Program-made: the position numbers and the translations under genes | Assembly: GCF_006345805.1 (NCBI RefSeq) | Contig: NW_021832229.1 | Coordinates: 124,001-188,000, forward strand | Reading direction: 5' to 3' | DNA length: 64,000 nucleotides | Source of the DNA: Octopus sinensis | Taxonomy: Eukaryota | The notes under the pieces: generated by a model | The model's input: the letters and a program-made list of their open reading frames with translations, nothing else | Told to the model about the DNA's origin: nothing | The model's database searches: none | Shown here: positions 35,561-49,005 of the stretch, piece after piece | How positions within the stretch are numbered: the first letter of the stretch is position 1 | Layout: every line of letters starts with the position of its first letter

Positions 35561-36943
35561 CAAACAACAGGATAACAGATAACAGAATAATACAACTTTG
35601 TCAACCTTATGTGAACTCCCTACAGACTCAATAAAGAAATTAAAGAACGCGGTAAGAGAAGCACAAAATTTTACATCACATAAATCTTACATAGAATAAG
35701 TATTTGGTGAAGTTTGATACAGGAATGTGTTGAGATGAACATTGATTTTAGTAATGCAATCAGATGCAATACTGAAACAGAAGAATACAGAGACAACGAC
35801 CGCCGAACTCACCACTGAAATTAAAAGTGACAACAGAATATACGAAAAAACGTGAATTAATTAATGAAAGGAAATAATCGGTTTGAAAAAAAAAACGAGA
35901 ATAATGAAGACAATCCACATAGTCCTAAAAACAAAGGGGACTCAACGATTTGACAAATACACAGCGAGAACAATCTGATAATTGAAACTCCCTGGTAAAA
36001 TAATGTTTAGAAACTGTTCAACGAAAAGGATAGCCACTTATAAAAGAAATACGTAATACAAAGCATATAAATAGAGATGAAATATAAAAAATCATTCATC
36101 TAAAGATGATAGCTTTATGAAGCTTGAATTAAGGGAACAGGAGTGATGTATAAACAATACTTGCTTCTGCTTTCGGTTATAAAATGGAACATTGGAATGG
36201 CATATTTACGCATGTCTTTGTGAAACTTAAAAAAGCCAAAATTCCGATCTTATATACGAGTAATCTTGATTAGTCTATGTAATCTTCTTCTAGCTAAAAA
36301 AAGATTATGAAAATTTATTCCATTTTAGAAGGAAAATCCTACAACGTCACCATATTATTCGAATAGTCGTTAGATTTCATTCTGGAAACACTACAAAATA
36401 AATTCATCCACTTGGAGATAGGGTTGTATAGAAACAATAGCCTAGCATTCTCTGAAACCAGGGTAAGTATGGATGAGAGATATTTAGAAAAGATTTAATG
36501 AATAGTTTTGAAGAATTCAACCTCAGAGCAGCCATCCAAAGAAATCTTCCAATAATCGACATCCTGGACAAAGCAATATTTTCTCCAGAATAGTACTATC
36601 CCGAAAGAAGACTCAAATAAAGGGATACTACATATAAACAATGTACCATATTCTTCAAGACACCACTTCATGCTCAGTGTGTCAAATGTGGTGAAATATT
36701 CATTAATATTAACCACCAAACATTCGTCAATTGATATTTTGCGTAGAATAATCTCATTTACGGAAACAACACAAATGATAATTAAAAGTTTCACGTGATA
36801 CCAACAGCATAACATCTGCATTATGAATAACGAAATAGCTGGCAACCAACCGCCTAAAACAGCTGGAAACAGTAAAGTTCCTAAACGCTTTCATTTAAGT
36901 ATAATTGCTTAAGAAAAGAAACGATCTAGAAGACTGTGAAATA

Positions 36944-38059
36944 CAGGGTTTGTACAAAATAATGGAAACACCTTAAAATTTCAAACAAATTTATTTGAAT
37001 ATAGGGTAGGACCGCCTTTGGCAGTAATTACAGCTTGAAGTCTTCGAGGTAGGGACTCGTACAAAGTTTGAATTGTTCCCAAAGGAATTTTTGTCCATTC
37101 TTCAACTAAAACAGCCTCCAGTTCTTGTAGTGATGATGGTGAATGATATCAACTCCTTACTTGTTTTTTTTTAAATGTACAATAAATGTTTAAAAATATT
37201 GAGATCTGGGGACTGTGGTGGCCAGGTAAGATGGTCAACTGCACTAGAATGTTCCTCGCTCCATTTAGTAACAACTTTAGCTGTGGGAATTGGTGCATTA
37301 TCATCTGAAAGATAGGATTTCCCTCTAGAAACAGTTCCGCAAGCATAGGATGAATTTGATCAGATAAAATGCTTAAATAGTTTTCACTATTAGTTCTGCC
37401 ATGAAGGGAAACCATTGGGCCGGCGGATTTCCAAGATATACCTCACCAGATCATCACATACTCCTCCATGTTTAACAGTTGGAAGAAGAAGGCTGGGTCA
37501 AATGCTTCTTTTGGCTGTCTCTGCAAGCATACTCGACCAGTGGTTGGAAACAGGGTAAAGGATGACACGTCCGAGAAAATAACATTCTTCTACTGATCTA
37601 GGAACCATTTCGGTAGGTTTTAATTCTCTCTAAACGCTTTGCAAAGTTTGTTTTTGAAAGTAATGGTTTTCTGATTGCAACCCTCCCGTGAAATCCGACT
37701 TTGTGCAGCTCTCGCAAACAGTTTTTGTGAAAATTAGGTTCTCGAGGTGGTCATTAAGCTCTGCAGTAATTTTGGGAGCTGTACTTTTATGATCCTTTCT
37801 AGCAATTCGCTCGCACTTGCCATACGAGCCCTAACAATTTGACTTCTTTGAAATACCGATTGATCTGTTACTTTAATGAATTCTAGTTACCTTTTCCTGG
37901 TGATATCTGAAAAGAAACAGCAATTTTAGCAAAAGATATTAAACAACACTAATAATAAATAAAAAACATTAAAATGTACAAGCTTTTGACGGTTTTATAG
38001 ATATTTCAAAATTATAATGCTACGATACTAGGTGTTTCCAATATTTTGTCCAGTCCCTG
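36944..38059 (-). mobile_element. Tc1-type DNA transposon, decayed
   Basis: TA target dinucleotides, ~30-bp TIRs (CAGGGTTTGTACAAAATAATGGAAACACCT / AGGTGTTTCCAATATTTTGTCCAGTCCCTG), frameshifted transposase DDE region (ORF 37149-37415). Confidence 0.85.
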
Positions 38060-38716
38060 TAGTTTTTTTATATACAAGTTACAACATGGCAACGCGGGGA
38101 ACGTTTAAAGAAAGATACCCAAAGCATGTACACTTATTCTGAAACGTACATCAGTGTAATGCAATATCTGCTGTCTGAAACGTACAAAGATATAATGCAA
38201 TCCTTTCGGAGTGTAAATACGAAGACAACCTGAAAAATAATAAATATGCCATCCATTTATGTAAGTTGTCCAGGGAAATGAAGTCTATGAGCGTAGAAAA
38301 TTTAATATTGTATCACAAAGTTTAATTTCTCCAAAAGAAAAATTAGATCTTTACCAAGAGACGACGTAAAAATTGTTTAATATTAAAGATTGGAGTTGAA
38401 AATTATAAAAGACGTAGAAGTAGAACGGCAAAACATAATAATATTCAACAAACAGCTACTAGTGTAGCAAATAACTATCCATTAAAACGCACTGACCAAT
38501 GAAAACGAACCTCAATTCTAATAGATGTGGGAATAAACACTCTGTACCATGTATTCATTATAGTTCTCTTTCGTTTACAAACTGTAGCACACATACATAC
38601 ATGCACATATATTGACCCAGTGCGTGTTTGTTAGATATTATCGTAATTATCCTCCTAAGGTACAACAAAATCTGTTTCGGAATACGTGTTCACATCAAGA
38701 ATCTTGCAAACCAACT

Positions 38717-38764
<48 letters not shown>

Positions 38765-40379
38765 GGAAAATGAACCTACAACAATACTGTACATACAGCT
38801 ACATATACATTCATGTATAGACTACAATGCATCCATTGAGAGATGTAGATAAATATACATACATCCTTTCATAAATCCATGTTACTATGCACACTTTCAA
38901 ATCTACATACAACCATACACATCTTTAACAGAATAGAATGAAACAATCCATTCTTTTATACAATATAAATATGGTTATTCCTTTCAGAAAATAATCCCGA
39001 ACCAAAATTGCTAATATTTTACAAAATAGTCCTGCTAACTTATTCGGTACCGTTAGTTAATGAAACGATTTTATTGAATATAAATTGCATTGTTCATCCA
39101 TAATATTTGTATAGAGACATCTTTTTACGTATAAAAAAAATAGTTCATAGCAATTGCTGGCTTTGAATATATAAATATATAAAGTATACTACCCAGGGAT
39201 TAATGTGCTTAAAATTTAATATTTTATATGATTTTCTCATTGTGTTTCCAGGTTCAAGTTCTGGTTATGAAATAGAGGATAGAACAGCAGAAATAAACTC
39301 ATAAGTGAAAACTGAAAAAGTGCTTCCAAGAATCGTCTTAGTATTTTACGCCATACAATAATGTTTTCTCCATATATAATATTGAATATATTTCCTTGTA
39401 AATAAAATATATTTGTACCTTTCAATGCAACACTATGCAACCGAGCCATTGTATAACCTGCAATAATTCAATTTAGACAAGTTTCAGGGCCTCATTATTG
39501 CTTGAAACAGAGGAAAATAGAAAATGCTGTTACCTTGCGCACGTAAACGAAAGCAATTTATTCTAATCACTTGCCTTTGTCTGTTATCTGTTTTCGTAAA
39601 ATTGCTGGAAAGCGGATGAAATGATTTTTATCACGTTTTGCAGAAATACTCATTGTGTGAGTGGCTCGAAATGATGAACATTTGGTTTGATTATCTTTAA
39701 AAACAAATCGAACAAATTTCCAGATAAGCAACCGGTCATATTATTTAGTTCACCTTCATTTTTATGTGAATCGACCCTCCTTTGAGTGTGTACGTATGTG
39801 ACCATGGTGTATGTATGTGATCATGGTGTACGTATGTGTTCATGGTGTACGTATATGCCTAGATATTTGTGAGTACATACATAAATATGCGATTCTGTGT
39901 GTGTGTGTATGTGTGTGTGTGTGTGAGTACAACGATGAATTTCAGTTTTATGTTTATTTACGACTTGATTTCTTGATTTCAAGGGAGTATAAATACCTAT
40001 AATGTCGATACTTAAAAACAAATTAAAATAAGTCGAACTTACAAATTTCCGGATAAGCAAATGGTCATATTATTTTTCTCACTTTTTCTTCTTTTTGTTT
40101 CCAAATATGATTCGCTTCTAATACACCTTTAGTCAAACACTTACAAAGCTTAATTCTGTTCAATTTAAAAGCATGGGTAAGTAAGGCATTGTAAGCCACA
40201 CTATGATTTACGAAAATAAATAACTGCGTGTAGCGTATGCATCGCCCCTCCGATGCCTTTTTAGTTTCATTTGATTTCAAGCTTTATTGATATTCTTTCC
40301 TATTTCTAATTTCATGATATCAATGTAAGCTTTAAATTTGTTAAATAAAGGGATTAATCTGACTTGTGGCTATCTTCGT

Positions 40380-41760
40380 TTTTTAGGTGTAATACTGGAA
40401 TACTACAGTCTAAGTTCTAATAGCGCCTGGAGAGGCTGTGATTTTATCAGTTATTTTAAACATTCCACAAAAAACACTGAGCCGCTTCTTTGTGGATATA
40501 ATCAGTTCATTAACAGGAAAGTCAACATCGTACGTGAAGAATTCCACCCACTTCACAGAATTGATCAAGGATACCCCCATTGAATCCAACCAGATGCTGA
40601 GTCTAGATGTGATAAGCCTGTTCACCAAAGTCCCAACTGGTGAAGCACTCGCGGTGATACAAGAAAAACTAGTGACAGACACCCATCGAAACGAACGCAC
40701 TAGTATACCAATAAGAAACTTGATGGAAATGGTGACCTTCTGTGTAGAAACAACCTACTTCAGTATGGACACTGATATATATCGACAAGAAGAGGGTTTA
40801 GCTATGGGTTCGCCATTATCACTGGTAATAGCCAATATATACATGGAATACTTTGAGAGTTTGGCTTTAGGATCAACATCACTAACACCAACACCATGGC
40901 TACTATATGTTAATGACACCTTTATACTCTGGCCCCACCAGGAAGATGTCCAAGTGCTGTTAGATCATGTGAAGTCAATAAAGCCATCCATACAGTTAAC
41001 AATGGAAAAGGAAGCAGACAATCAGTTGGCATTCTTGGACGTATTAATAACACGCACCAAGTATGGATTCAGGACATCCGTATACCGCAAGCCGACCTTT
41101 ACCGGACGATACTTCAACTTCAATTCCTACCATTCATACTGTGTAAAGGGAGGGATTGCTCAGTGCCTAAAACATCGTGCAAAAAATATAAGTAGCGATC
41201 GTGATAACACCAAGCTCAATAACGATCTGTTAAGCAACAACTACCACAAAAGTATACTATCCACTCCAGTTATGAAGAAGAAAGAGGACGAGGCCAATAA
41301 ACTGTCTACAGTCTGTCTACCCTATGTGAAAGGCCTCTATGAAAATATAAAAAAGATATGCAGCCCATATGACATCAGAACAGTATTCAAGAATGATACA
41401 ATACTTCGCAAATAAATCCTTTGAGTAAAACCACCAATAGGAGAGGATATGACCAAAGACTGCGTGTACTCCATCGTATGCAGCTGTGGTAGGTTATACA
41501 AAGGCGAAACATGGCGCCTCCTCAAAATAAGGGTAGAGGAACATCGCAAAGCTGTGACACGAGGAGATATTGATAAATCGGGTATAGCTGATCATGTGTG
41601 GAAAAATGGAAACCACCTCCCCCTGTAGGATGAAGTTAAAATAATAGACAGAGAACACCACTGGAAAATACGAAAACTAAAAGAAGCAGCACATATGCTA
41701 GGACACAACAACCCCCTAAGTAGACCGACTGCAGCATATGAGAATCGGTATTAAGGAAGG
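40380..41760 (+). mobile_element. Penelope/Poseidon-type PLE fragment, RT + GIY-YIG, inactive
   Basis: LSLDVISLFTKVP, GLAMGSPLS, YVND (catalytic DD altered), LAFLDV, VYRKPT; EN CVYSIVCSCGRLYKGET...RVEEH with stop codons. Confidence 0.9.
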
Positions 41761-41812
41761 ATAGAAAAATTTTAGATTTATAAGCCCTAAAATTCACTCC
41801 ATAATTGCCTAT

Positions 41813-42010
41813 GGGCATATGGCGTAGTTTTTAAGAGCGCGGGCTACTAATACCAAGATTCCGAGTTCGATTCCAAGCAGTGACCTGAACAATAATAATA
41901 ATAACATTGAAAAATACCTTAGGAATGAAAATCCAGGTTCGAAATTTCCCCAAGACACTTGAAGAAGGCTGGTAGGTGTATCAGTCGAAATGTTGTGTTA
42001 ACACCAAACA
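41813..42010 (+). mobile_element. tRNA-headed SINE-like element ending in a minimal hammerhead-like motif
   Basis: TGGCGTAG A-box-like motif, GAGTTCGATTCC B box 41863-41874, (AAT)n, then GACAC-TTGAAGAA-GGCTG..CAGTC-GAAA-TG-TT-GTGTT at 41954-41999. Confidence 0.65.
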
Positions 42011-42194
42011 AGATCGAATATATATAATTCCAGTAAAAAGTCGAAATTTTGCAAGATATATCTAGGTGATTAGATTTGTACTCATTTATCTAATTAGCAC
42101 TATCAGGTCTTTCAACTGTCAATAATCCAGCAATGAACTTAATCCAGTTATGAACATTTCACAAACAGTTACAATCCAATCAAGAAACTAAGTA

Positions 42195-42363
42195 CCGTAT
42201 TTTCCGGTCTATAAAACGCGTCGGCATTGAAGCCGCTCGGCCGAATTTTGGGGAAAATTTTGGTTCTATCCTCACATAAAGCCCACCGGTGTTTTATAAA
42301 GCTACCTTTGTAATTGTTGATGTGTATGTAGTTTCAAAATGTTTTATTCTTCAACTATGAGAT
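42195..42363. mobile_element. Left end of a Tc2/pogo-type DNA transposon
   Basis: TA-CCGTATTTTCCGGTCTATAA terminus. Confidence 0.75.
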
Positions 42364-42639
42364 CTATCGAACGTATTTCAACACACAAGGATACAACACA
42401 TCCGACTTAACAGGATACCAGTCTGTCGCAATGTTAACCCCTGGTTAATGCTGGTACTTTTCAGATGAGTGCACTGGAAGTGTCTTTCTCGTGGACACAA
42501 CTTACCGAAACAATAAATGCATACGCCTATATGTGTGTGTGTGCGCGCTTATGTACATATCCGTGTGTATGTGTGTGTATTTTTGTATGCATGTACACAC
42601 ACACACATAATCTTTTATTCTTTTATTCTTTCGCTTATT

Positions 42640-42915
42640 TAAAGGTGAATTTAAAAGTCGTTATGCATACCACATAATCCCCTTCCGATATAGGACAAAA
42701 GTAAAGCTACGAAACTGGCTAAGTTTAGAAGAAAACGAAACACCACATGTGACTGGATGGGAAGTAATCCATAACTTATGTTAATGGATCAAAAAATATA
42801 AGCATTGTTTAGCTGAAAGAGTGCATATCCTGTTCAGATCTAAGATGCTTAATTCTCTATTGGACTCTAGGTCAGGAATTTTCAGTCATTGTCAAGTATA
42901 AATATATTTTGAAGA
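42640..42915 (+). pseudogene. PLE GIY-YIG C-terminal fragment (duplicate at ~49810-50095)
   Basis: GEFKSRYA.H...FR...WEVI...CLAERVHIL...LDSRSGIFSHC, similar layout to the EN at 33560-33929. Confidence 0.6.
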
Positions 42916-43039
42916 ACTGGAAAATTCAGTCTATTCTTGATTAGATATTTGATATCTTTTTAGCCTTATAATTCAAGGTCTAACAAGGAGACCTTTAAAT
43001 GCTGTTTTTACTTTTCCCTTTTCTCATTTTCATTTTTGT

Positions 43040-44095
43040 GCTTTCGCGTTCCGATTTCCGGAACACTGGGCATGCTATGGCAGACATGCACTGGGGCTGC
43101 GGCATCTCCAAACATTCTGCCTAAAAGGTGAACAGGTGTGGTCATCGTTTGTCAAACAGGCTTTTCCACGGCTCATCTCCTTGAGTAAGCTACAGTCCTG
43201 GGTCAAGGATCAGTGGAAAGTCCACTCTTGAGTTCTATGGAGGGTTAGTGTAGGGAAAGCGCGATGAAGCACTTGGAGAGACGCTAGGCGTTGACAAAAT
43301 TGAACTAACCAGTCTGTTGAGGAGGACTTTCAAGACGGGGACGATGGATAACTCCTAGAAGTCCCTTGCTTTGCAGTGCTATCGGGGGACACTGCCGGTT
43401 CGAAATAAACTCTACAAGCACGGAAGTGCTGTCTGACCGACCTACCCGACATGTGCGCAGAGCGATGAAAGCGTTCTGCACGCGCTTGTCCAGTGTCCTT
43501 GCATTACTAACATGTGGAGTTATGTTGAACAGCTGTTATCACGTGTAGGGTGGTTCTATCTATCGGCCGAGTCCGTAGTGAAGATCGATCAGCCGCTTTC
43601 CATCAGTCCGGAAGGTCAGGCAATTTGCTTCTGTCAAATAGCAGTAGCGAAAGAGGCTGTATTGTGGACCAGGTTAAAAGGACTAAAGGTAGAGACTTTT
43701 CTCTACGGCCAATCACTCGTCAGCTTTTTCAAATTTTCTTTGGAAAGGAAGATGAGGGTGCAGAGTGAAGTGCTGCCTCCCAGTACATTTGCCAAAAGGT
43801 GGATGAATAGCGAAAATGGTACGCGTGAGTTGACCTACTCTAATAACGCGCCTGTGGGCTAGTGAATTTGAGAGGGAGGAGAGTGCTCTTCCCAGATGCC
43901 CTCGAAGCGTCGAGTGGTTCAGGATTGGGGTGGGGGTACCTGAGCCAACTCCAGGGGAATACGTGCACCTATTATGAACTTTCATTGTTAGATTCTTTTG
44001 TTGGATATCTTTATTATTCTTTTAACTGTGTACTCGTTGTGTCTGCGTTAAATCCCCACTGTCCATGTCTACTGTACCCTGTTTCTTTACTACTC
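43040..44095 (+). mobile_element. L1/Tx1-clade LINE 3' fragment (duplicate at ~50215-51270)
   Basis: LPVRNKLYKHGSAV*PTYPTCAQSDESVLHALVQCP...MW, a decayed CCHC knuckle of L1/Tx1 ORF2, then 3' UTR. Confidence 0.7.
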
Positions 44096-44305
44096 ACAAG
44101 GGGTTAAACACAGAGAGGACAAACAAGGACAGACAAACGGATTAAGTCAATTATATCGACCACAGTGCGTAACTGGTCCTTCTTTAATCGACCCCGAAAG
44201 GATGAAAAGCAAAGTCGACCTCGGGGGAATTTGAACTCAGAACGTAACGGCAGAAGAAATACCGCTAAGCATTTCGCCCGACATACTGAAGATTCTACCA
44301 GCTCT
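44095..44305 (-). mobile_element. CORE-like SINE (duplicate at ~51270-51480)
   Basis: Same family as 26229-26440. Confidence 0.85.
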
Positions 44306-44351
44306 CACCGACTTGTCTACAGTATCTTCTCCTATATGCCGGCCCTATTGG

Positions 44352-44490
44352 AAAATAATAATAATAATAATAATTACTATAATAATAATAATAATAATAA
44401 TAATAACTATTATTATTATTATCATTATTATTATTATTATATTATTATTATTATTATCATTATTATTATTGTCATTATTATTATTGTTAT
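44352..44490. repeat. (AAT)n/(TAT)n microsatellite, the empty counterpart of the 51614-60584 insertion site
   Basis: Left and right unique flanks match 51475-51530 and 60700 onward. Confidence 0.92.
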
Positions 44491-44830
44491 TGGAATTTTT
44501 TTCCGGTTAAACATTTCACTCACTTCTTCACAGTAAAATTATGTCAGTTAATGCAATCGTTAATGTGATATTCCCTTCAGTTTCATATTAAAGAAAACCT
44601 TAGGCAGGGTTATGTATCTAATTGCATCACACACACAGACACACACACACACACTCACAAACGTACACATGAACCCTCCTCCTCTTCTTTCCACCTCTCT
44701 CTCTCTCTCTTCTATCACTCCCCTCCTCTCTCATTTTAAAACTTCCACTTCCACCGCCAATCATCATAAACTGCTGACTGAAACTTTTCAAATCGAAATT
44801 ATATAATTAGAAATACAGATGCCATATATA

Positions 44831-44881
<51 letters not shown>

Positions 44882-45643
44882 CTTTATATTTTCAATTTAT
44901 TTTTATCTTTCACTTTTGGCAGAAGGCATCCAGAATACTGGAGACTATCTGCAATAGAAATACATTAAACAGGTTAGAGGCCCCTGCATGTCCTCCTCTC
45001 CCTCTTCCCCTCACTCCTATGAAAATAGGACACCAATATATTGAAGTTTTGGGTACAGATGAGCTGATGAAGTTTTGAATATAATTGCTACTTTGATAAC
45101 GAAAATTCTTTTCCCATAACTTTAAAGCTGCTAAAACCTTTAATTCCTCTTCAGAATTGTTATAATTTCTCTATCATATACTTTATTCTACAAACGTACT
45201 TTTCTGAAACGAACAATTGTTAAATGAATTTGTATCGTTTGCTTCCATGTCAATCATTATATATACCATGTAAATTAGTATCGTTATTGATAACGTGATT
45301 TTCTGAAGTGACACTATCGTTAAATGAATTTATCGTCTGCTCACAGGAAATATTTGGCTGCTATTTCTAGCACATCCAGCTTAAGCTTCAGAGATTCTTC
45401 ACGCAGAGAATGGTGGATGACAATGTGAACACTGGAGGGTCTAACAAAGAATTTAGAAATGTACTTCATTTTAATGTTAACTTTAGACGTTTTATTTGGG
45501 AAGAGATCGATGATCAATACTTATCACGCAAAAGTGAGGTGATTCTAAAACATGACAAATCTGTCGTCTGATCGTATAACAATATTTTGATCATTTCCGG
45601 TTAATGTCGCTTTTAAACGATTTTATGTTCCATAGCTACTAAA

Positions 45644-46295
45644 TTACTTTGACGTATGTATATATATATATATATCTCCCTCTCTATAACACGCACGATC
45701 AAACACACAGACACAAATTTCACACCTTACTACTAAGTATATTTGACGTTTGTCTACCTCACACACACAATAACACATACACACACAGACACAAATGCAG
45801 TTATATACACACTCATACACATACACAAACACTCGCAATCATTAACACAAGCACACACCCGCACATCATCATACATACAGCATACATATTGTCCCCTACC
45901 TATTTTTACTACTCCCTCCTTCTACCCATTTTTGAAGTCATTGCTTATAACGGATTATTTAAGAAAAACACTCATTGTCACTGTGGTCACCATGTAGGCA
46001 ATCATCAAAATTTTGTTCGTCTTGTGGCTGAAAGAGGCTCCTAATCTTTCCTGATGAGAAGATGGCATAATGCACCATTTATTCCTTCGGAATTAAAAGT
46101 ATGCCGTCTTCGAAACATGTGTCGAGAGTAAAATCTTCGTTCGACTCCATTCTTTCATTTATTCATATAAATAACACAAATTTGCACACAAGAACCCGGA
46201 GTTTCTACCCTTGACAGGTCACTTCAACTGTGTTTTCTGACGTGAATTTGCTACCCAGGTATCGGTTAAACGAATTTTCCATGCTAGGATAATTC
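45644..46295 (+). mobile_element. 3' UTR + pseudo-LTR of the PLE family at 32067-34710 (duplicate at ~62020-62680)
   Basis: Colinear with ~34150-34700. Confidence 0.88.
46046..46128 (+). ncRNA. Type I hammerhead ribozyme with intact core
   Basis: CTTTC-CTGATGA-GAAGATGGCATA...TATGCCGTCTTC-GAAAC-ATGT-GTC-GAGAG. Confidence 0.85.
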
Positions 46296-46306
46296 ATTCA
46301 CCTACT

Positions 46307-46381
<75 letters not shown>

Positions 46382-46945
46382 CATGAATACATACGTTTAT
46401 ATAATTCTGATAACTGTGTGTGCGTGTTTATATATATATACATATATACACACACACACAGATATCACAATTTGTAAAATAGTACTTAGATTATTTCAAG
46501 TTAATTTCAGTTACGCGGATGCAAAGTCTCATACAGTTACGCATATACACACACACATACATACACACACGCAACACCAGACAGTGACATAATTTTCATT
46601 TCTCCATTTCTGCTGGAATGCTAATGCCGGGGAAGAAGAAGGGTATACTGAGTAAGTGAAGGGAATTAAAATGTATCAATCCCACCAAATCCTTAGTACA
46701 TGGTTACGTAGCTAATAGCATCACACAAACACATACACACAAAACCCTCTTCCTCTTCTTTCTCCCTCCCTCTCTCTCTCTCTCTCTCTTGCTATCAATT
46801 TCTTTCCCCTCTCTCATTTACACTCTTCCACTATCACCGCCCATCTTTGACTGCTGACGCAAACTTTTCATATCGCATTCATATAATGAGAAATAAAGAC
46901 GCCAATCTATATCTACACACACACACCACACACAAACACAAACAA

Positions 46946-47026
<81 letters not shown>

Positions 47027-47141
47027 TAATTGTGTGGTACTTCAATGAAAAAATGTATGGTAAATAAACAAATGACGCAAGATATATATATATGCGCACA
47101 TATAGATATATATATAAACATTTACTAACTCTTACGATCAG

Positions 47142-47160
47142 AGGCTAAACCGCTTTATTG
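47142..47160 (+). other. Candidate 19-nt microexon (duplicate at 63530-63548)
   Basis: TACTAAC 47123-47129, CAG acceptor, AGGCTAAACCGCTTTATTG, GTAAGT donor. Splice signals only. Confidence 0.35.
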
Positions 47161-47559
47161 GTAAGTTACGATTTTCATTATATTATATCGGCCATCTATT
47201 GGCCATCGTCCACCCTCCTCAACGGCACTTAGGATGGGATAAAAAGGGTCTCCACCATTAAGAACTCATAAGTTTGTGTCCCCAAATGACCTAAAATGTT
47301 TCTTTATGCTTTTATTTTTACTTCAGTAATTTTCAGTTAACCCATTAGCATTGGCACTGGCCACGTCGGGCCCAAATATTCTTTCTGTTTTCTGTTGAAA
47401 CTGAACAGATCAGCCCTTTCACAACCACCATGCAAAGTTATTCTAAAAGTAAGCAATCACATAATCAAAATCTCAAAGCTAGAAGATAATGTATGATTAA
47501 TTGTAAACGATGTGAATAAATAAGTAATTCATCGGAATGCTGAAGGAGTATCCTCTTCT

Positions 47560-48099
47560 AGCTGTTACAATAATGAAACAGCAATTCCATCTCAAATTAC
47601 AACAAGTGGGGTCTTTTTAAGGACACATTTCAGGTTCGAGGGAGTGGTTAAGAATGTTGTAGTGCAAAAAATCGAGTCGGTATTTTTCTTAGTAGTTGAG
47701 TTTTGTTAAGTATTGTTTGAAGCCGAGAAGGGTCAAATAACAGTAGAGGCGGTTGAAATGCAAAAATTTGAAGAAATTTGTGATATGTGTTGGTGAGATT
47801 TAGGAGGCTGAGTGGAGGCTGAAAAAGCGATTGATCATAATACTTGGAATAAATTAGGGATGCGTGTTATATATATTTATATTTCTGTGGGTATCTATAT
47901 ATATGTTGACTACTTTATGTTTTTAATACTGTGTATTAATGTAGGAGTTTGTATGTTTATATATGTGCGTATATGTGTGTGTGTTTGCATGTATGTATGT
48001 AAGCGCTTGTATGTATATATTATGTATTTGTAAATGTGATGTATATATTATGTATTTGTAAATGCAAGTTTGGATATTTCAGATTTATTGCATATGCTC

Positions 48100-48134
<35 letters not shown>

Positions 48135-49000
48135 TATATGCATACATAGACACATACACACACACACATATAAGCTATTTGGAATGTGTTGACTTGTCGA
48201 TTGTCAGGTTGACTCTTGTTTTACATTAGAGCTTTGATGGAACTCGGGGCTTGCTATATGATTATTTAGAATTAGTGAAGTGCATGAATGTCTTGCAGTA
48301 TTTATGCTTACATAAATAAATAAGGTCAGAGAATTTAACAGCGAGGAGTTGTGGAGGCGAAGAATAGTTAATGACCCTTTTATACATAATATACATTTAC
48401 CTATATTTGTGTTGTAGAGGGGAGCTTCACATACTACGGACCACGATAGAGCATATTGGACATTGTTTTGAATTGAGGTTGTATATGTGTGTTGCTAAAG
48501 ATTGAAATAGTTTAGATTTGGGATTAATGAAAGAATACATATGAGCACGACAACGGCATTCAAAATCCTCAGTGCCACAAATATACACCCTTTACTGGTG
48601 GGTGCATGGGGTCATCACGTGGCATTAATAGATTTCGCTTTTGAGGAAACAGGAACCTGCATACCGTATATTTTAGAAGCGCAAAAGTTGCAATGGTTGG
48701 GGGGTTTACTATCAGTAATGTTGATGTTGGTTGGTTTGTTGTTAGTGGGGAGAATCTAAATTAAGATTTATATTAGTATCGGATTGGGGGGTGTAATGGA
48801 ACTAATATCTATCCTCTAGTAGATAGGGTTGTAGAATGTTGGCTTAAGTTTAGTATTATACAATTGAGGTGGCTTATTAAGGTTTCTATTATTGTATTGT
48901 CAAGGCTAGCTTGGGATTTGGGGGAAAATTTTTGTTTTATCCAACATAAAGCCTACGGTGTGTTACAAAGATTATGGAAACACAGGTCCGAAGCTAGGTT
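47560..49000 (-). pseudogene. Highly decayed PLE ORF
   Basis: Minus strand near 48400-48640 reads VYICGTEDFECRCRAHMYSF...SLATHIYNLNSK, resembling YIG.TE..FK.R...H..SF...LS.HIW.L. Confidence 0.45.
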
Positions 49001-49005
49001 TGTTG

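Larger units (their letters stand above)
42365..47612 (+). repeat. Tandem segmental duplication, copy 1 (portion matched within the window)
   Basis: Colinear with 49548-51613 plus 60585-64000; start offset 7183 bp; ORF-track translations 43512-43862 and 50686-51036 differ by one residue. Confidence 0.95.

Noticed and set aside
39644-39656. 13-nt plus-strand segment between TTTTGCAG and GTGAGT
   Set aside because: Splice-like signals alone, no branch point or coding support.
42420-42520. TTTTCAG acceptor followed by a Cys-containing frame (duplicate near 49600-49700)
   Set aside because: Contains GTGTCTTTCTCGTGGACACAAC, a decayed reverse SINE motif; not an exon.
45063-45105. CTGATGA ... GAAA
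   Set aside because: No stems; the paralogous copy reads CTGTTGA and has 174 bp between the two parts.
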